Shown: positions 48,553-58,629 of the stretch, in pieces
Position numbering within the stretch: position 1 is the stretch's first letter
How the letters are laid out: every line of letters begins with the position of its first letter
Assembly: GCA_021648085.1 (NCBI GenBank)
Contig: JAKITS010000001.1
Span: 196,948-260,947, forward strand
Reading direction: 5' to 3'
Source: Candidatus Magasanikiibacteriota bacterium
GTDB taxonomy: Bacteria; Patescibacteriota; Patescibacteriia; Magasanikbacterales; UBA922
DNA length: 64,000 nucleotides
The notes under the pieces: model-generated
The model's input: only the letters and a program-made list of their open reading frames with translations
The model's database searches: none
What the model was told of the DNA's origin: nothing
Made by a program: the position numbers and the translations under genes

Positions 48553-48574
48553 TAAACTTAAATAAAGTTTAAAA

Positions 48575-48600
48575 AAACCCGCTAATCTTAGCGGGTTTTT
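48575..48600. terminator. bidirectional rho-independent terminator
   Basis: aaacccgctaa-tct-tagcgggttttt. Confidence 0.75.
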
Positions 48601-49127
48601 GCTTGTTTCAGATTTCTTTTTATGGTATCGTTATATTCATCTATAATAGTTTGAATTAGAAATCTGTTTGGGAAGTAAATTACATTTTGGTTTGGTGTTG
48701 GGATAATAAAAAGATATCCTTTTTGCACCGCCTCAATCAAACCTTCGGCTAAATATGAAAACCCTTCTGGCGATAAAAAAACCTCATCAAAGCAAATTAT
48801 GTTTGCATTATTTGCAATATCATTTTGCACTTTACTTGTCTCTTTATCCCATTCTTTAAATAGTTGTGTCCAGGTGATACCTGTCCACGCGATACAATGG
48901 TTTTGGAATGTTATATAAAGTAGAAAAGATATTGCGGTCATTGCTTTTGGACCTATTTTACCAAAAGCTAAGTTTAAAATATAGTATCTTTCTACAACAC
49001 CTAATTTTGCAAGTTTTTTTGGACTTGAATTGTGAATGTATATACTTTTTTGAGATGTAAGTCTGTAAAAACCTTCTCTCATCTTCCAAAAATCTTTGAA
49101 AATAAGACCTCCAGAATTAACACCCAT
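48588..49127 (-). CDS. hypothetical protein
   Basis: 179 aa ORF; no confident motif. Confidence 0.45.
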   Translation of the reverse strand: MGVNSGGLIFKDFWKMREGFYRLTSQKSIYIHNSSPKKLAKLGVVERYYILNLAFGKIGPKAMTAISFLLYITFQNHCIAWTGITWTQLFKEWDKETSKVQNDIANNANIICFDEVFLSPEGFSYLAEGLIEAVQKGYLFIIPTPNQNVIYFPNRFLIQTIIDEYNDTIKRNLKQAKTR

Positions 49128-49248
49128 AATAACCTCCTTTTATATTAAGTAAACTTTTAAAATAGAGTTTTGTCAAATTGTGTATAAGATATGCTAGATT
49201 TTATTTGTAATATGATATAATAAGATTGCGATAATATAAAATAAAAAC

Positions 49249-50793
49249 ATGCCAACACCGCAATTAAAATCACTACAAGCAAAACAAGCAAAACAAGAAG
49301 AACAGGAAGATATCTGTTTGTTCGCTGAAACCAATTTCCGAAATCAAATGCGGCGTTTTGGTATTAAACTAGACGACCGTCGTAGACATATGTATGTGAT
49401 TGGGAAAACTGGAATGGGAAAAACAACAATGATGGAAAATATGGTTTTGCATGATATTTATGCTGGACATGGAGTTGGTTTGGTAGATCCTCATGGGGAT
49501 TTTGCAGAAAAAATTATAGATTATATACCGACAAATCGTATAAATGATGTTGTATATTTCAACCCTTCAGACAGAGAAAATCCTATTGGATTTAATATTT
49601 TAGAGGTTAAAAATGAAGAGCAAAAACATCTTGTGGCTGCAGGACTTATGGCAGTTTTCAAAAAGATTTGGCCAGACGCTTGGAGCTCTAGAATGGAATA
49701 TATTTTGAACAATACTTTACTTACTTTACTAGACAATCAAGGCTCAACTCTTTTAGGTATAAATAGGTTGTTAGGGGACAAAACATTTAGAAGCGAAATG
49801 GTGGCAAACCTAAAGGATCCTGTTGTAAAAGCTTTTTGGGAAAAAGAGTTCGCTGGTTATAATGATAGGTATGCTGCAGAAGCTGTCGCCCCAATTCAAA
49901 ACAAAATCGGTCAATTTTTGAGCGCAACTGTTATTAGAAATATGGTTGCCCAAACAAAATCAACTATAAATATTAGAGAACTAATGGATAATAAGAAAAT
50001 TTTTATAATGAACTTGTCCAAAGGAAGAATAGGAGAGGATAATAGTAGGCTGTTAGGTGGAATGCTTATCACACAGATTCAACTTTCAGCTATGGAGCGT
50101 GTAAATATTCCAGAAGCAGATCGTCAAGACTTCTTTTTATATGTGGATGAGTTTCAAAACTTTGCAACTCCATCTTTTGCCAACATATTATCCGAGGCGC
50201 GTAAATATCGTCTAAGTTTGATTTTAGCTCATCAATATGTTGCTCAATTAGACGAAGTTGTAGCAGACGCTGTTTTTGGAAATGTTGGAACTGTGGTTAG
50301 TTTTAGGGTTGGTGCCGCAGATGCAGAATCTATGGAGAAAGAATTTTCTCCAACTTTTGTTATAGAAGATATTGTAAATCTTTCAAAGTTCCAAATATTT
50401 TTAAAATTAATGATAGATGGGGTGGCTTCTCAACCTTTTAGTGCGGCTACAATGTCACCAATCGGTTCTCCAACAGGAAGTTATGATAAAGTATTGAGAG
50501 TTTCAAGAGAAAGATATGGAACTCCTAGGTCTGATATAGAAGAAAAGATATTAAGGTGGAGTCAGCCATCCGAGGAAGAGTTGGCACAAATAGAAAGAAA
50601 GAAAAATAAACAACAAAAAAAACAACCACCAAAAAAGATTTATCCTCACACTCCAATTAAAAAACCTCAGCCAAATAATAAAAAACAAAATTATGATAAT
50701 AAACAAAATAAAGTAGAGGTTAAGCAGCCAGACAGGTCAAAAGAAGAGACCGTTTCACTTAAAAATTTAGTATTAAAAAATAAAGAAAAATAG
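49249..50793 (+). CDS. TraG/VirD4/TraD-like P-loop ATPase (AAA_10/DUF87-like) with K/Q-rich C-terminal tail
   Basis: Walker A VIGKTGMGKTT followed by VDPHGD, Walker B FFLYVDEFQNF, ..ILAHQ..; C-terminal KKNKQQKKQPPKK low-complexity tail. Confidence 0.6.
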   Translation: MPTPQLKSLQAKQAKQEEQEDICLFAETNFRNQMRRFGIKLDDRRRHMYVIGKTGMGKTTMMENMVLHDIYAGHGVGLVDPHGDFAEKIIDYIPTNRINDVVYFNPSDRENPIGFNILEVKNEEQKHLVAAGLMAVFKKIWPDAWSSRMEYILNNTLLTLLDNQGSTLLGINRLLGDKTFRSEMVANLKDPVVKAFWEKEFAGYNDRYAAEAVAPIQNKIGQFLSATVIRNMVAQTKSTINIRELMDNKKIFIMNLSKGRIGEDNSRLLGGMLITQIQLSAMERVNIPEADRQDFFLYVDEFQNFATPSFANILSEARKYRLSLILAHQYVAQLDEVVADAVFGNVGTVVSFRVGAADAESMEKEFSPTFVIEDIVNLSKFQIFLKLMIDGVASQPFSAATMSPIGSPTGSYDKVLRVSRERYGTPRSDIEEKILRWSQPSEEELAQIERKKNKQQKKQPPKKIYPHTPIKKPQPNNKKQNYDNKQNKVEVKQPDRSKEETVSLKNLVLKNKEK

Positions 50794-50796
50794 TGT

Positions 50797-53103
50797 ATGT
50801 CATTTTTAAAGAAAAAAGTAAGTAGTAAATACGATAAGTTATTTTCCAAAATAGGAATGATTATTTTTTTAATTGGAACTATTGGAATACCCCTTTTTTA
50901 TCTTCCATTTACATCAGATGTTCTTACACTTCCAAAACAGCTAATGCTTTATTTTTTAGTTTTGGTTTTGTTGTTGGTTTGGCTTACAAAAGTTATTCTC
51001 TCAAAAGAGTTGGTGGTAAAGCGTACAATTTTTGATATACCAATCGCGGTACTTTTCCTAATTACAATTGTTTCATCTCTTTTATCACTGTCATCTTCTA
51101 TTAGTTTTGCTGGTAAAACAGATATATTTTTATTAAATGCAAGCTCAATTATTGCTTTTATACTTTGGTTTTGGTTGTTTTTACAATTGGTTGATACCTC
51201 CAAAAAATGGAACACACTTATAAATACATTATTAGTCTCATTTTCAATATCTGCATTTTTATTTATACTTCTAGATTTGCCTGGTTTAGATATTTTACAC
51301 AAATATATAGCACAAAATACAGTTAGTCAAAAAAGTAGTTTGTTCGGTATTTTTTCAGGTTTGGGAGCTGTTTTATCGTTGGGGCTACTTTCTATAAAAA
51401 GAAAAACCTGGACATCCAAAATTTTACCTGCAATTACTTTTTTCTTAACTTTCATTGTACTTTTGAAAGTTGGTTTTGCTATTTCTTGGATTATTTTTGC
51501 AATTGGAGCTGGAATACTTTTGGTAGTGAGTACAAGTTTGCTAGCAGAAGTTGGTGTAGTTGGAATTTCATTTAATTTCTTTATATTCCTTATTGCATTA
51601 TTATTTGTATTTTTTGGCTCACCAAATTTGTTAAAAATGAATTTACCAGTAGAAGTCTCTCTTGGTGTACAGCCATCATTTCAAGTAACCGCAGACAGCT
51701 TCCTTTCTAGTGCAAAAATATTTTTATTTGGTTCTGGTCCTGGTACTTTTGTATATGGATTCTCAGAAAACAAACCTGTGGAATTCAATATGTCTAGTAT
51801 AGTTTGGTCTACTAGATTTCAATATCCATACAGCTCAGTGTTTTCGCTTTTGCTGGAGTTTGGAATATTTGGTTTTATTAGTTTCTTATTCATACTTTTA
51901 TTGGGTGTCGGTAGTGCACTTAGCGGTTGGCTCAAGACTAGACCTTCTGTTTGGAAAAAGAAAGGAGAAAAGGAAGATTCTGAGTTTTTGATAGAAGGGG
52001 ATAGTGAGGTTGTTAGAACAGAAGTTTTTGTATTGGTTGTCGTCTGGCTTGTATCTTCTATTGGTTTAGCTTTAGCATTTTACGGTATTGTTTTATGGTG
52101 GCTCTGGTGGTGGCTTTTAGGTGCTGTTGTTGTAAGTTTGTCAGCTGTCATACCGGGGCTTATAAAAGAAAAAAGAATTTCACTCCATGTTTCTCCTCAA
52201 TATTCTCTGGCATTATCATTTGGTTTTGTACTTTTGGTGACAGCACTTATGGTTTTTGGAGTGTTTAGTGCAAAGATTTATTTGGCAGAAATACACTTTA
52301 CAAAAGCTGTAAGATCTTCAAATATAGAAGATGTGGAGTTAAATTTACAAAAGGCAGTTCAGTATAGGTCAAATTATGCAGATTATTATGTGGCCATAGC
52401 TCGTGTAAACTTGCAAAAAGCAAGAACAGAATCTATAAAAGAGGAGTCAAATCCAGAGTTAATTTCTGCGTTTATAGCAAACGCAGTAAATAGTGCAAAA
52501 GCTGCCACAAGTCTTCAACCAAAAAATGTGGAAACCTGGGAGACTTTGGCTGTAATGTATATGAATGCAAGAAGTGTTGTGCCAGAAGCAAATGATTGGG
52601 CAAAAGATGCGGTTCAAAGAGCAGTAGAATTAGAACCTACAAACCCTGTTTTACAGTGGTATTTGGGAGATGTGTCCGTTTTTGGTGAAGATCTAGATAC
52701 TGCAGAGGAGGCTTACAAAAAAGCAATAGAATTGAAACCAGATTATTTGGTTGCCTATCTAAATTTGTCAGAACTGTTTGAAGCAAAAGAAGATTTAGAC
52801 TCAGCAATTTCTGTATATACGCCTGTTTTAAATCTTGTTCAAAATAATTCAGAAGTACTGTTTAGTTTGGGAAGAATGTTTTACAACAAAAATGAAGGAG
52901 AAGACGATAGACAAGCAGAGCTTTTGTGGATTAGGGCGGCAGAATTAACACCAAATTACTCCAACGCATTGTATAGTTTAGGTCTTTTATACGAAAGAAG
53001 GGGGGATCGTGCAAATGCCCTAAACTTCTTTAAGCAAGTACAAGAGATAAATCCGGGTAATACAGACATAGCAGATAAAGTCAGGGCAACACTGTCATTA
53101 TAA
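50797..53103 (+). CDS. large polytopic membrane protein with C-terminal TPR repeats (O-antigen-ligase/Wzy_C-like?)
   Basis: 768 aa, at least 10 predicted TM helices over first about 480 aa, then TPR-like repeats (..AEEAYKKAIELKPDY.., ..ALYSLGLLYERRGD..). Confidence 0.55.
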   Translation: MSFLKKKVSSKYDKLFSKIGMIIFLIGTIGIPLFYLPFTSDVLTLPKQLMLYFLVLVLLLVWLTKVILSKELVVKRTIFDIPIAVLFLITIVSSLLSLSSSISFAGKTDIFLLNASSIIAFILWFWLFLQLVDTSKKWNTLINTLLVSFSISAFLFILLDLPGLDILHKYIAQNTVSQKSSLFGIFSGLGAVLSLGLLSIKRKTWTSKILPAITFFLTFIVLLKVGFAISWIIFAIGAGILLVVSTSLLAEVGVVGISFNFFIFLIALLFVFFGSPNLLKMNLPVEVSLGVQPSFQVTADSFLSSAKIFLFGSGPGTFVYGFSENKPVEFNMSSIVWSTRFQYPYSSVFSLLLEFGIFGFISFLFILLLGVGSALSGWLKTRPSVWKKKGEKEDSEFLIEGDSEVVRTEVFVLVVVWLVSSIGLALAFYGIVLWWLWWWLLGAVVVSLSAVIPGLIKEKRISLHVSPQYSLALSFGFVLLVTALMVFGVFSAKIYLAEIHFTKAVRSSNIEDVELNLQKAVQYRSNYADYYVAIARVNLQKARTESIKEESNPELISAFIANAVNSAKAATSLQPKNVETWETLAVMYMNARSVVPEANDWAKDAVQRAVELEPTNPVLQWYLGDVSVFGEDLDTAEEAYKKAIELKPDYLVAYLNLSELFEAKEDLDSAISVYTPVLNLVQNNSEVLFSLGRMFYNKNEGEDDRQAELLWIRAAELTPNYSNALYSLGLLYERRGDRANALNFFKQVQEINPGNTDIADKVRATLSL

Positions 53104-53132
53104 TAGAAGTTTAAAATAATAATTTAATATTT

Positions 53133-53462
53133 ATGCTTTTCTCAAAAAATTACAGACGACCATTTTGGCGAGGGTTTACGCATGCTATTGCTGTGGTATT
53201 TTATTGTCTTTTTGTTTCTACAATGTTGCTTTCTTTTGATAGCTTATTCAACGGTGAGATAGCTTCTGTAATACAGGTGACATTTGGACTCTTCTTATTT
53301 GTAGTGTCTGCTTCTGTTATCGCATATCTTATATTTTTTGAACCAATGAAAAAGACAATTCACAAAAGCTTCAAAGCTGCTAGCGTTATGCTAATGTCTA
53401 CATTTGGTTGGTTATTTGTATTTTTGAGTGTGTTTATTATAGGTTTGGTTTATACATTATAG
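53133..53462 (+). CDS. small membrane protein
   Basis: 109 aa, 3 TM helices. Confidence 0.4.
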   Translation: MLFSKNYRRPFWRGFTHAIAVVFYCLFVSTMLLSFDSLFNGEIASVIQVTFGLFLFVVSASVIAYLIFFEPMKKTIHKSFKAASVMLMSTFGWLFVFLSVFIIGLVYTL

Positions 53463-53465
53463 TTT

Positions 53466-53825
53466 ATGAAAATTGTTAGATTATTACTGTCTTCACTTTT
53501 TCTAGTTTTATTTATAATTTTGTATAATTGGTTTTTTATTGGTTTTATTAGTTATGAATTTTCAGAAATTGCTTACAATATAATTTTGTGGGTACTTCTA
53601 ATACCTTTTTTGTTTGTAAATGGAAAATGGTATTTCAAACAAGACGAGCCAAATACAAAAAAGGGAATTTTATTGGGAGTAGTTTGGATTGCCTCACTTA
53701 TACTTTTAGAATTAATTTTAGGAAATGTTGTCTCTGGTCTGATTAGTTATATTATATTTTTTGAGATTTTACTTTTAGCTATTTTATTTGGTTTTGAGTT
53801 TGACTCTACATATTCTGCTCCTTGA
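53466..53825 (+). CDS. small membrane protein
   Basis: 119 aa, 3-4 TM helices. Confidence 0.4.
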   Translation: MKIVRLLLSSLFLVLFIILYNWFFIGFISYEFSEIAYNIILWVLLIPFLFVNGKWYFKQDEPNTKKGILLGVVWIASLILLELILGNVVSGLISYIIFFEILLLAILFGFEFDSTYSAP

Positions 53826-53858
53826 GTATTTCTTCTTTTTATGTTAGTTTAAACCATT

Positions 53859-54941
53859 ATGACAAAGAAGAAAGATAAAATATTAGTAGCAATGTCTGGA
53901 GGTGTGGACTCTGCCGTAACTGCATCTATTCTTGTGGGTCAAGGTTATGGCGTCACAGGCGTATATATGCGTCAGTGGAGCGATGAGGAAGAGGTAAAGG
54001 GGGTTTGCACTTGGAAAGAAGACAGAAGAGAAGCGATAAAAGTTGCTGCTTTTTTGGGTATTCCTTTTTTAACATTTAATTTTGAAAAGGAGTATAAAAA
54101 ATTTGTAGTGGATTATTTATTCAAAGAATATAAAAAAGGAAATACACCAAATCCAGATGTGCTTTGTAACAAATTTATAAAGTTTGGATTTTGGTTGGAT
54201 AAAGCCAAAGAATTAAAATTCGATTTTTTAGCAACAGGTCATTATGCTTCTATTTCAAATAAAAAAGGAGAATATTTTCTAGAAAAAGCAAAAGATAAAA
54301 ATAAAGATCAAACATATTTTTTGCATCAATTAAATCAAGATCAACTAAAACATACTCTTTTCCCACTTGGAAAATTGAATAAAAAACAGGTTAGGAAAAT
54401 TGCAGAAAAAAAAGAACTTCCAAATGCAAACAGAGAAGAGAGTATGGGAATTTGTTTTATCGGCGAAGTTTCAATTGGAGAATTTTTGGCACAAAAAATA
54501 AAACCAGAAAAAGGAAAAATAATTTTAAATGACGGTACACAAATTGGAGAACATAATGGTTTGCATAAATATACACTTGGTCAGCGTCAGCTTGGGGTAG
54601 ACATGAAAGCAAGAGGTAAAAAAAGTAAGGCAATGTATGTAATTGCAAAAAATCTACAAAAAAATGAGCTTGTGGTAGGAGAGAGAGAAGATCCACTTTT
54701 GTATAAAAAAGAAATAAAAGTAAAAAATATTTCTTGGATTAGTGGACATGAGTCAAAATTTCCATTAAACTGTGAAGTAAGGCTTCGTCACAGGCAAGTC
54801 TTACAAAAATGTACAATCAAAAAAGATAAAAATAATGGTTTGACAGTAAATTTTACAAAAAAACAATGGGCACTAAGCCCAGGACAATTTGCAGTTTTTT
54901 ATAAAAAGAACGTATGTTTAGGTGGGGGAGAGATTAACTAA
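53859..54941 (+). CDS. mnmA: tRNA-specific 2-thiouridylase MnmA
   Basis: PP-loop VAMSGGVDSAV, CN.FIKF and GHYA motifs. Confidence 0.85.
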   Translation: MTKKKDKILVAMSGGVDSAVTASILVGQGYGVTGVYMRQWSDEEEVKGVCTWKEDRREAIKVAAFLGIPFLTFNFEKEYKKFVVDYLFKEYKKGNTPNPDVLCNKFIKFGFWLDKAKELKFDFLATGHYASISNKKGEYFLEKAKDKNKDQTYFLHQLNQDQLKHTLFPLGKLNKKQVRKIAEKKELPNANREESMGICFIGEVSIGEFLAQKIKPEKGKIILNDGTQIGEHNGLHKYTLGQRQLGVDMKARGKKSKAMYVIAKNLQKNELVVGEREDPLLYKKEIKVKNISWISGHESKFPLNCEVRLRHRQVLQKCTIKKDKNNGLTVNFTKKQWALSPGQFAVFYKKNVCLGGGEIN

Positions 54942-54945
54942 AATT

Positions 54946-56889
54946 ATGAACACAAACGAACTTAGAGAAAAATATCTAGAATTTTTCAAAGGAAAAGGAC
55001 ATCAAAGAATTTCCTCTGCTTCGCTTTTACCAGAAAATGACCCCACAACATTATTCACAAGTTCTGGAATGCAACCAATGGTTCCATATTTACTTGGCGA
55101 AAAACACCCACTTGGTGTGAGAATTACAAATTCACAAAAATGTTTTCGCACACAAGATATAGAGGAGGTTGGTGATAATAGACATACTACTTTTTTTGAA
55201 ATGCTTGGAAATTGGTCGCTTGGTGATTATTTCAAGGAAGAGCAAATTTCTTGGTTTTTTGAGTTTATTACAAAGGTTGTAGGCTTAGATCCAGATAGAA
55301 TTTATGTGACAGTTTTTCAAGGAAAGGAAAATTTAAATATTCCAAGAGATGAAAAGTCCGCAAAAATTTGGCAAGAATTATTTGTGTCTGCTGGAGTAAG
55401 TTCAAAAATTGTTGGAGATCCGGAATTTGGAATGCAAAATGGAAGAATTTTTTATTATGATGAAAGTAAAAACTGGTGGAGTATGTGTGGAAAGCCAGAA
55501 AAAATGCCAGTAGGTCAACTTGGTGGACCAGACACGGAAGTGTTTTGGGATTTTGGAGAAGAATTAGGGTTGCATAAAAAATCTCATTGGGCAGGTGAAT
55601 CTTGCCATCCAAACTGTGACTGTGGTCGTTTTATGGAAATTGGAAACAATGTTTTTATGGAATATATAAAGACAAATCTTGGTTTTGAACTTTTACCACA
55701 AAAAAATGTTGATTTTGGTGGTGGACTAGAGCGAATAATGGCAGCAAAAAATAATGTGCCAGATGTGTTTCTTATAGATATCTTTGATAAAATGAGACAA
55801 ACTTTGGAAAGACTGAGTGGTAAAAATTATAGTTCAGCAGAGGTACAAGAATCTTTTCGTGTAATTATGGATCATTTGCGCGCTGCAACTTTTTTAATTT
55901 CAGATGGCGCATGTCCTTCGAACAAAGATCAGGGTTATTTTACACGCAGACTTGTTCGCCGTGCTGTTAGATTTGCGAACAAAATTGGAATTGAAGGTAA
56001 TTTTTGTGGAGAACTCGCAGATTCTGTAATAAATTATTATATAACTACATATCCAGAATTATCACAAAATAAAGATACAATATTAAGTGAGCTTTTAAAA
56101 GAAGAGGAAAAATTTAGAAAAACTTTGCAAACAGGTTTGAAAATTTTGAGAACTCAAATGCGTGTACAAGACCCAAAGTCAGGTCAAAAGTTAGATTTTG
56201 TTGATGTATCTGATGGATATGTACCAACAAAACTTGATGCTAAATTTTTATTTAATATGTATCAAACTTATGGATTTGATTTTGAGGCTTCAATTGAGGA
56301 AATCAAACAATTACCTAAAAGAAGCTTACTTCAAAATGAAATTGAAAACTTAAAAAATGGTTTCAACGAAGAATTAAAAAAACATCAAGAACTTTCCCGT
56401 AAAGGTGCAGAACAAAAATTTAAAGGAGGTATGGCAGACGACGGCGAGATGAGTATAAAATATCACACAGCGACACACTTACTTCACAGTGCGCTTAGAG
56501 AGGTGCTTGGTGACCGCGTAGAACAAAAAGGAAGTAATATAACTTCAGAAAGGCTTCGTTTTGATTTTTCTCATTCAGAAAAACTCACAGAAGAAGAAAT
56601 TCAAAAAGTAGAAAGATTCGTAAATAAAGCGATAGAGAGTAATCTACAAACGAGTTTTAAAGAGATGGTTGTAGAAGAAGCAAAATCTCAAGGTGCAATA
56701 GGACTTTTTGGAGATAGGTATGGAGACAAGGTAAAGGTTTATACAATTGGAGATGGGTCGCAAATAGCAAGCAAGGAAATTTGTGGTGGTCCACATGTAG
56801 AAAGCACAGGAGGTTTGGGTAAATTTAGAATTAAAAAACAAGAATCTGTAAGTGCAGGAGTCCGTAGAATAAAAGCTATACTTGAATAA
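54946..56889 (+). CDS. alaS: alanine--tRNA ligase (short form lacking C-Ala domain)
   Basis: Class II AlaRS N-terminus (F..F..GH..ISSASLLPENDPTTLFTSSGMQP), editing-domain HTATHLLH..; ends after editing domain (about 648 aa). ORF track start 54922 overlaps mnmA. Confidence 0.85.
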   Translation: MNTNELREKYLEFFKGKGHQRISSASLLPENDPTTLFTSSGMQPMVPYLLGEKHPLGVRITNSQKCFRTQDIEEVGDNRHTTFFEMLGNWSLGDYFKEEQISWFFEFITKVVGLDPDRIYVTVFQGKENLNIPRDEKSAKIWQELFVSAGVSSKIVGDPEFGMQNGRIFYYDESKNWWSMCGKPEKMPVGQLGGPDTEVFWDFGEELGLHKKSHWAGESCHPNCDCGRFMEIGNNVFMEYIKTNLGFELLPQKNVDFGGGLERIMAAKNNVPDVFLIDIFDKMRQTLERLSGKNYSSAEVQESFRVIMDHLRAATFLISDGACPSNKDQGYFTRRLVRRAVRFANKIGIEGNFCGELADSVINYYITTYPELSQNKDTILSELLKEEEKFRKTLQTGLKILRTQMRVQDPKSGQKLDFVDVSDGYVPTKLDAKFLFNMYQTYGFDFEASIEEIKQLPKRSLLQNEIENLKNGFNEELKKHQELSRKGAEQKFKGGMADDGEMSIKYHTATHLLHSALREVLGDRVEQKGSNITSERLRFDFSHSEKLTEEEIQKVERFVNKAIESNLQTSFKEMVVEEAKSQGAIGLFGDRYGDKVKVYTIGDGSQIASKEICGGPHVESTGGLGKFRIKKQESVSAGVRRIKAILE

Positions 56890-56894
56890 CTAAA

Positions 56895-57326
56895 ATGCAA
56901 ATAGAAATTATAAAAATTAAAATAAAACATAGCCTAAATTTTCTTTGGGGTCTGCGTTTGGAATTTTTTAGATATTTTGTGGTTGGAATAACAGCACTTT
57001 TATTGGATTTATCGCTACTTATTCTTATAAAAGATTTTTTAAATTTAGATTCTGTCAGAGCTGTAATGTTGGGGCAAATTCCAGTCTTTTTTTATGTATT
57101 TTTTCTAAATAAATATTGGTCTTTTGGTAGTAAAAAAATGGTATTAATTCGTTTGCAGTTTATAAAGTACTTGATTGTAGTAGGATTTAACTATATAATA
57201 GGTATCGCGACTATGATTATTTTTAATCATTTTTTGGAATTCGATGCAAAACTTGTTAGAATTGGTACTATTGCCCTTGGGGTTTCTTGGAATTTTTTCT
57301 TGTATAGGTACTGGATTTATAGTTAA
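56895..57326 (+). CDS. GtrA-family membrane protein
   Basis: 143 aa, 4 TM, FFRYFVVGI..L..FFLYRYW pattern. Confidence 0.6.
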   Translation: MQIEIIKIKIKHSLNFLWGLRLEFFRYFVVGITALLLDLSLLILIKDFLNLDSVRAVMLGQIPVFFYVFFLNKYWSFGSKKMVLIRLQFIKYLIVVGFNYIIGIATMIIFNHFLEFDAKLVRIGTIALGVSWNFFLYRYWIYS

Positions 57327-57394
57327 AAATGATATAATATTAAGATTATAAAAACTGCTAAAATAAGAAATAAATTAGAAATATAAAATTTGGC

Positions 57395-57423
57395 TTGACA
57401 TTTTTTTCACTTTGGTGTAAAAT
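57395..57423 (+). promoter_or_regulatory. sigma-70 type promoter of infA-ribosomal protein operon
   Basis: TTGACA(57395-57400)-17 bp-TAAAAT(57418-57423). Confidence 0.55.
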
Positions 57424-57445
57424 GTTGCCAGTTAATTAAATACAC

Positions 57446-57661
57446 ATGTCGAACAAAGAAGTATTAGAAGTTAGGGGTACAATTGAAGAACTTTTGCCTG
57501 GTGCAAAGTTTAGGGTTAAACTTGAAAATGAGCACGAAATAATGGCACATTTATCAGGGAAAATGCGTATTCACAGAATACGTTTAGGTGTTGGTGATGA
57601 AGTAAAAATAGAAATGACACCTTACGATTTAAAAAAAGGAAGAATTACTTATAGATTTTAA
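57446..57661 (+). CDS. infA: translation initiation factor IF-1
   Basis: S1-like fold, ..[39 protein letters not shown]. Confidence 0.9.
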   Translation: MSNKEVLEVRGTIEELLPGAKFRVKLENEHEIMAHLSGKMRIHRIRLGVGDEVKIEMTPYDLKKGRITYRF

Positions 57662-57669
57662 ATTTATTT

Positions 57670-57807
57670 ATGAAAGTTAAGTCATCTGTAAAAAAACGTT
57701 GTATCAACTGTAAGGTCACTCGTAGACGTGGCGTTGTTTATATTATTTGTGAAAATCCAAGACATAAACAAAGACAAGGTACAAAACAAAGAAAGAAATC
57801 AGCCTAA
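57670..57807 (+). CDS. rpmJ: 50S ribosomal protein L36 (45 aa, C-terminally extended), not in ORF track
   Basis: [37 protein letters not shown] + TKQRKKSA; conserved position between infA and rpsM. Confidence 0.8.
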   Translation: MKVKSSVKKRCINCKVTRRRGVVYIICENPRHKQRQGTKQRKKSA

Positions 57808-57819
57808 TAAAAGTATTTT

Positions 57820-58206
57820 ATGAGAATATCTGGAGTATCAATACCAAAAGAAAAAAAAGTAGTAATAGCGCTTACTTATGTTTTTGGTATAGGCCAAACT
57901 AGTGCCAAAAATGTTTTAAAAAGTGCTGGAATTGATCCTGACACTTCTGTTAAAGATTTAACACAAGAGCAGGAAGACTCAATTCGTAGCATAGTAGAAA
58001 AAAGTTTAACAACAGAAGGTAATTTAAGAAGAATTGTTTCTTCAAATATAAAAAGATTAAGAGATATTAAATCTTATCGTGGATCTCGCCATGCAAAACG
58101 TTTGCCTGTGCGTGGACAGAGAACAAAAACAAATTCTCGCACAAGAAGAGGGAATGTTAGAAATCTTGCTACTAGCGGAAAGAAGCCAGGAGCACAAAAG
58201 ACTTAA
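57820..58206 (+). CDS. rpsM: 30S ribosomal protein S13
   Basis: [44 protein letters not shown]. Confidence 0.9.
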   Translation: MRISGVSIPKEKKVVIALTYVFGIGQTSAKNVLKSAGIDPDTSVKDLTQEQEDSIRSIVEKSLTTEGNLRRIVSSNIKRLRDIKSYRGSRHAKRLPVRGQRTKTNSRTRRGNVRNLATSGKKPGAQKT

Positions 58207-58222
58207 TTAATTTGACATATTT

Positions 58223-58615
58223 ATGGCAAAAGTAGCTAAAAAAGCAAAGAAAAAAAAGATTGTAAGGAATGTTCCAACAGGAAGAGTTTATATTCAGGCA
58301 ACATTTAACAATACTATTGTTTCAGTAACTGATCAAAATGGAAATGTTTTGGGTTGGGCTAGTGCAGGAATGGTTGGTTTTAAAGGACCAAAAAAAGCTA
58401 CTCCGTACGCAGCAAGCCAGGTAGTTAAAAAGGTGACAGAAGCTGTAAAGCAGTGCGGACTTAAAGAGGTTAGTATTTTTGTAAAAGGAATTGGCGGAGG
58501 AAGAGAGTCTGCAATACGCGCTTTCAACTCTAGCGGTATTCAAGTTTTGGCTATAAAGGATGTTACACCTATTCCACACAATGGTTGTAGACCTCGTAAA
58601 AGAAGAAGAGTTTAA
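58223..58615 (+). CDS. rpsK: 30S ribosomal protein S11
   Basis: ..[36 protein letters not shown].. pattern. Confidence 0.9.
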   Translation: MAKVAKKAKKKKIVRNVPTGRVYIQATFNNTIVSVTDQNGNVLGWASAGMVGFKGPKKATPYAASQVVKKVTEAVKQCGLKEVSIFVKGIGGGRESAIRAFNSSGIQVLAIKDVTPIPHNGCRPRKRRRV

Positions 58616-58629
58616 TTTAAAGTTTAGCT

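Noticed and set aside
48588-49127. Possible P-loop kinase/zeta-toxin assignment for the 179-aa minus-strand protein
   Set aside because: A DE-containing hydrophobic strand resembling Walker B is present but no Walker A motif; left as hypothetical.
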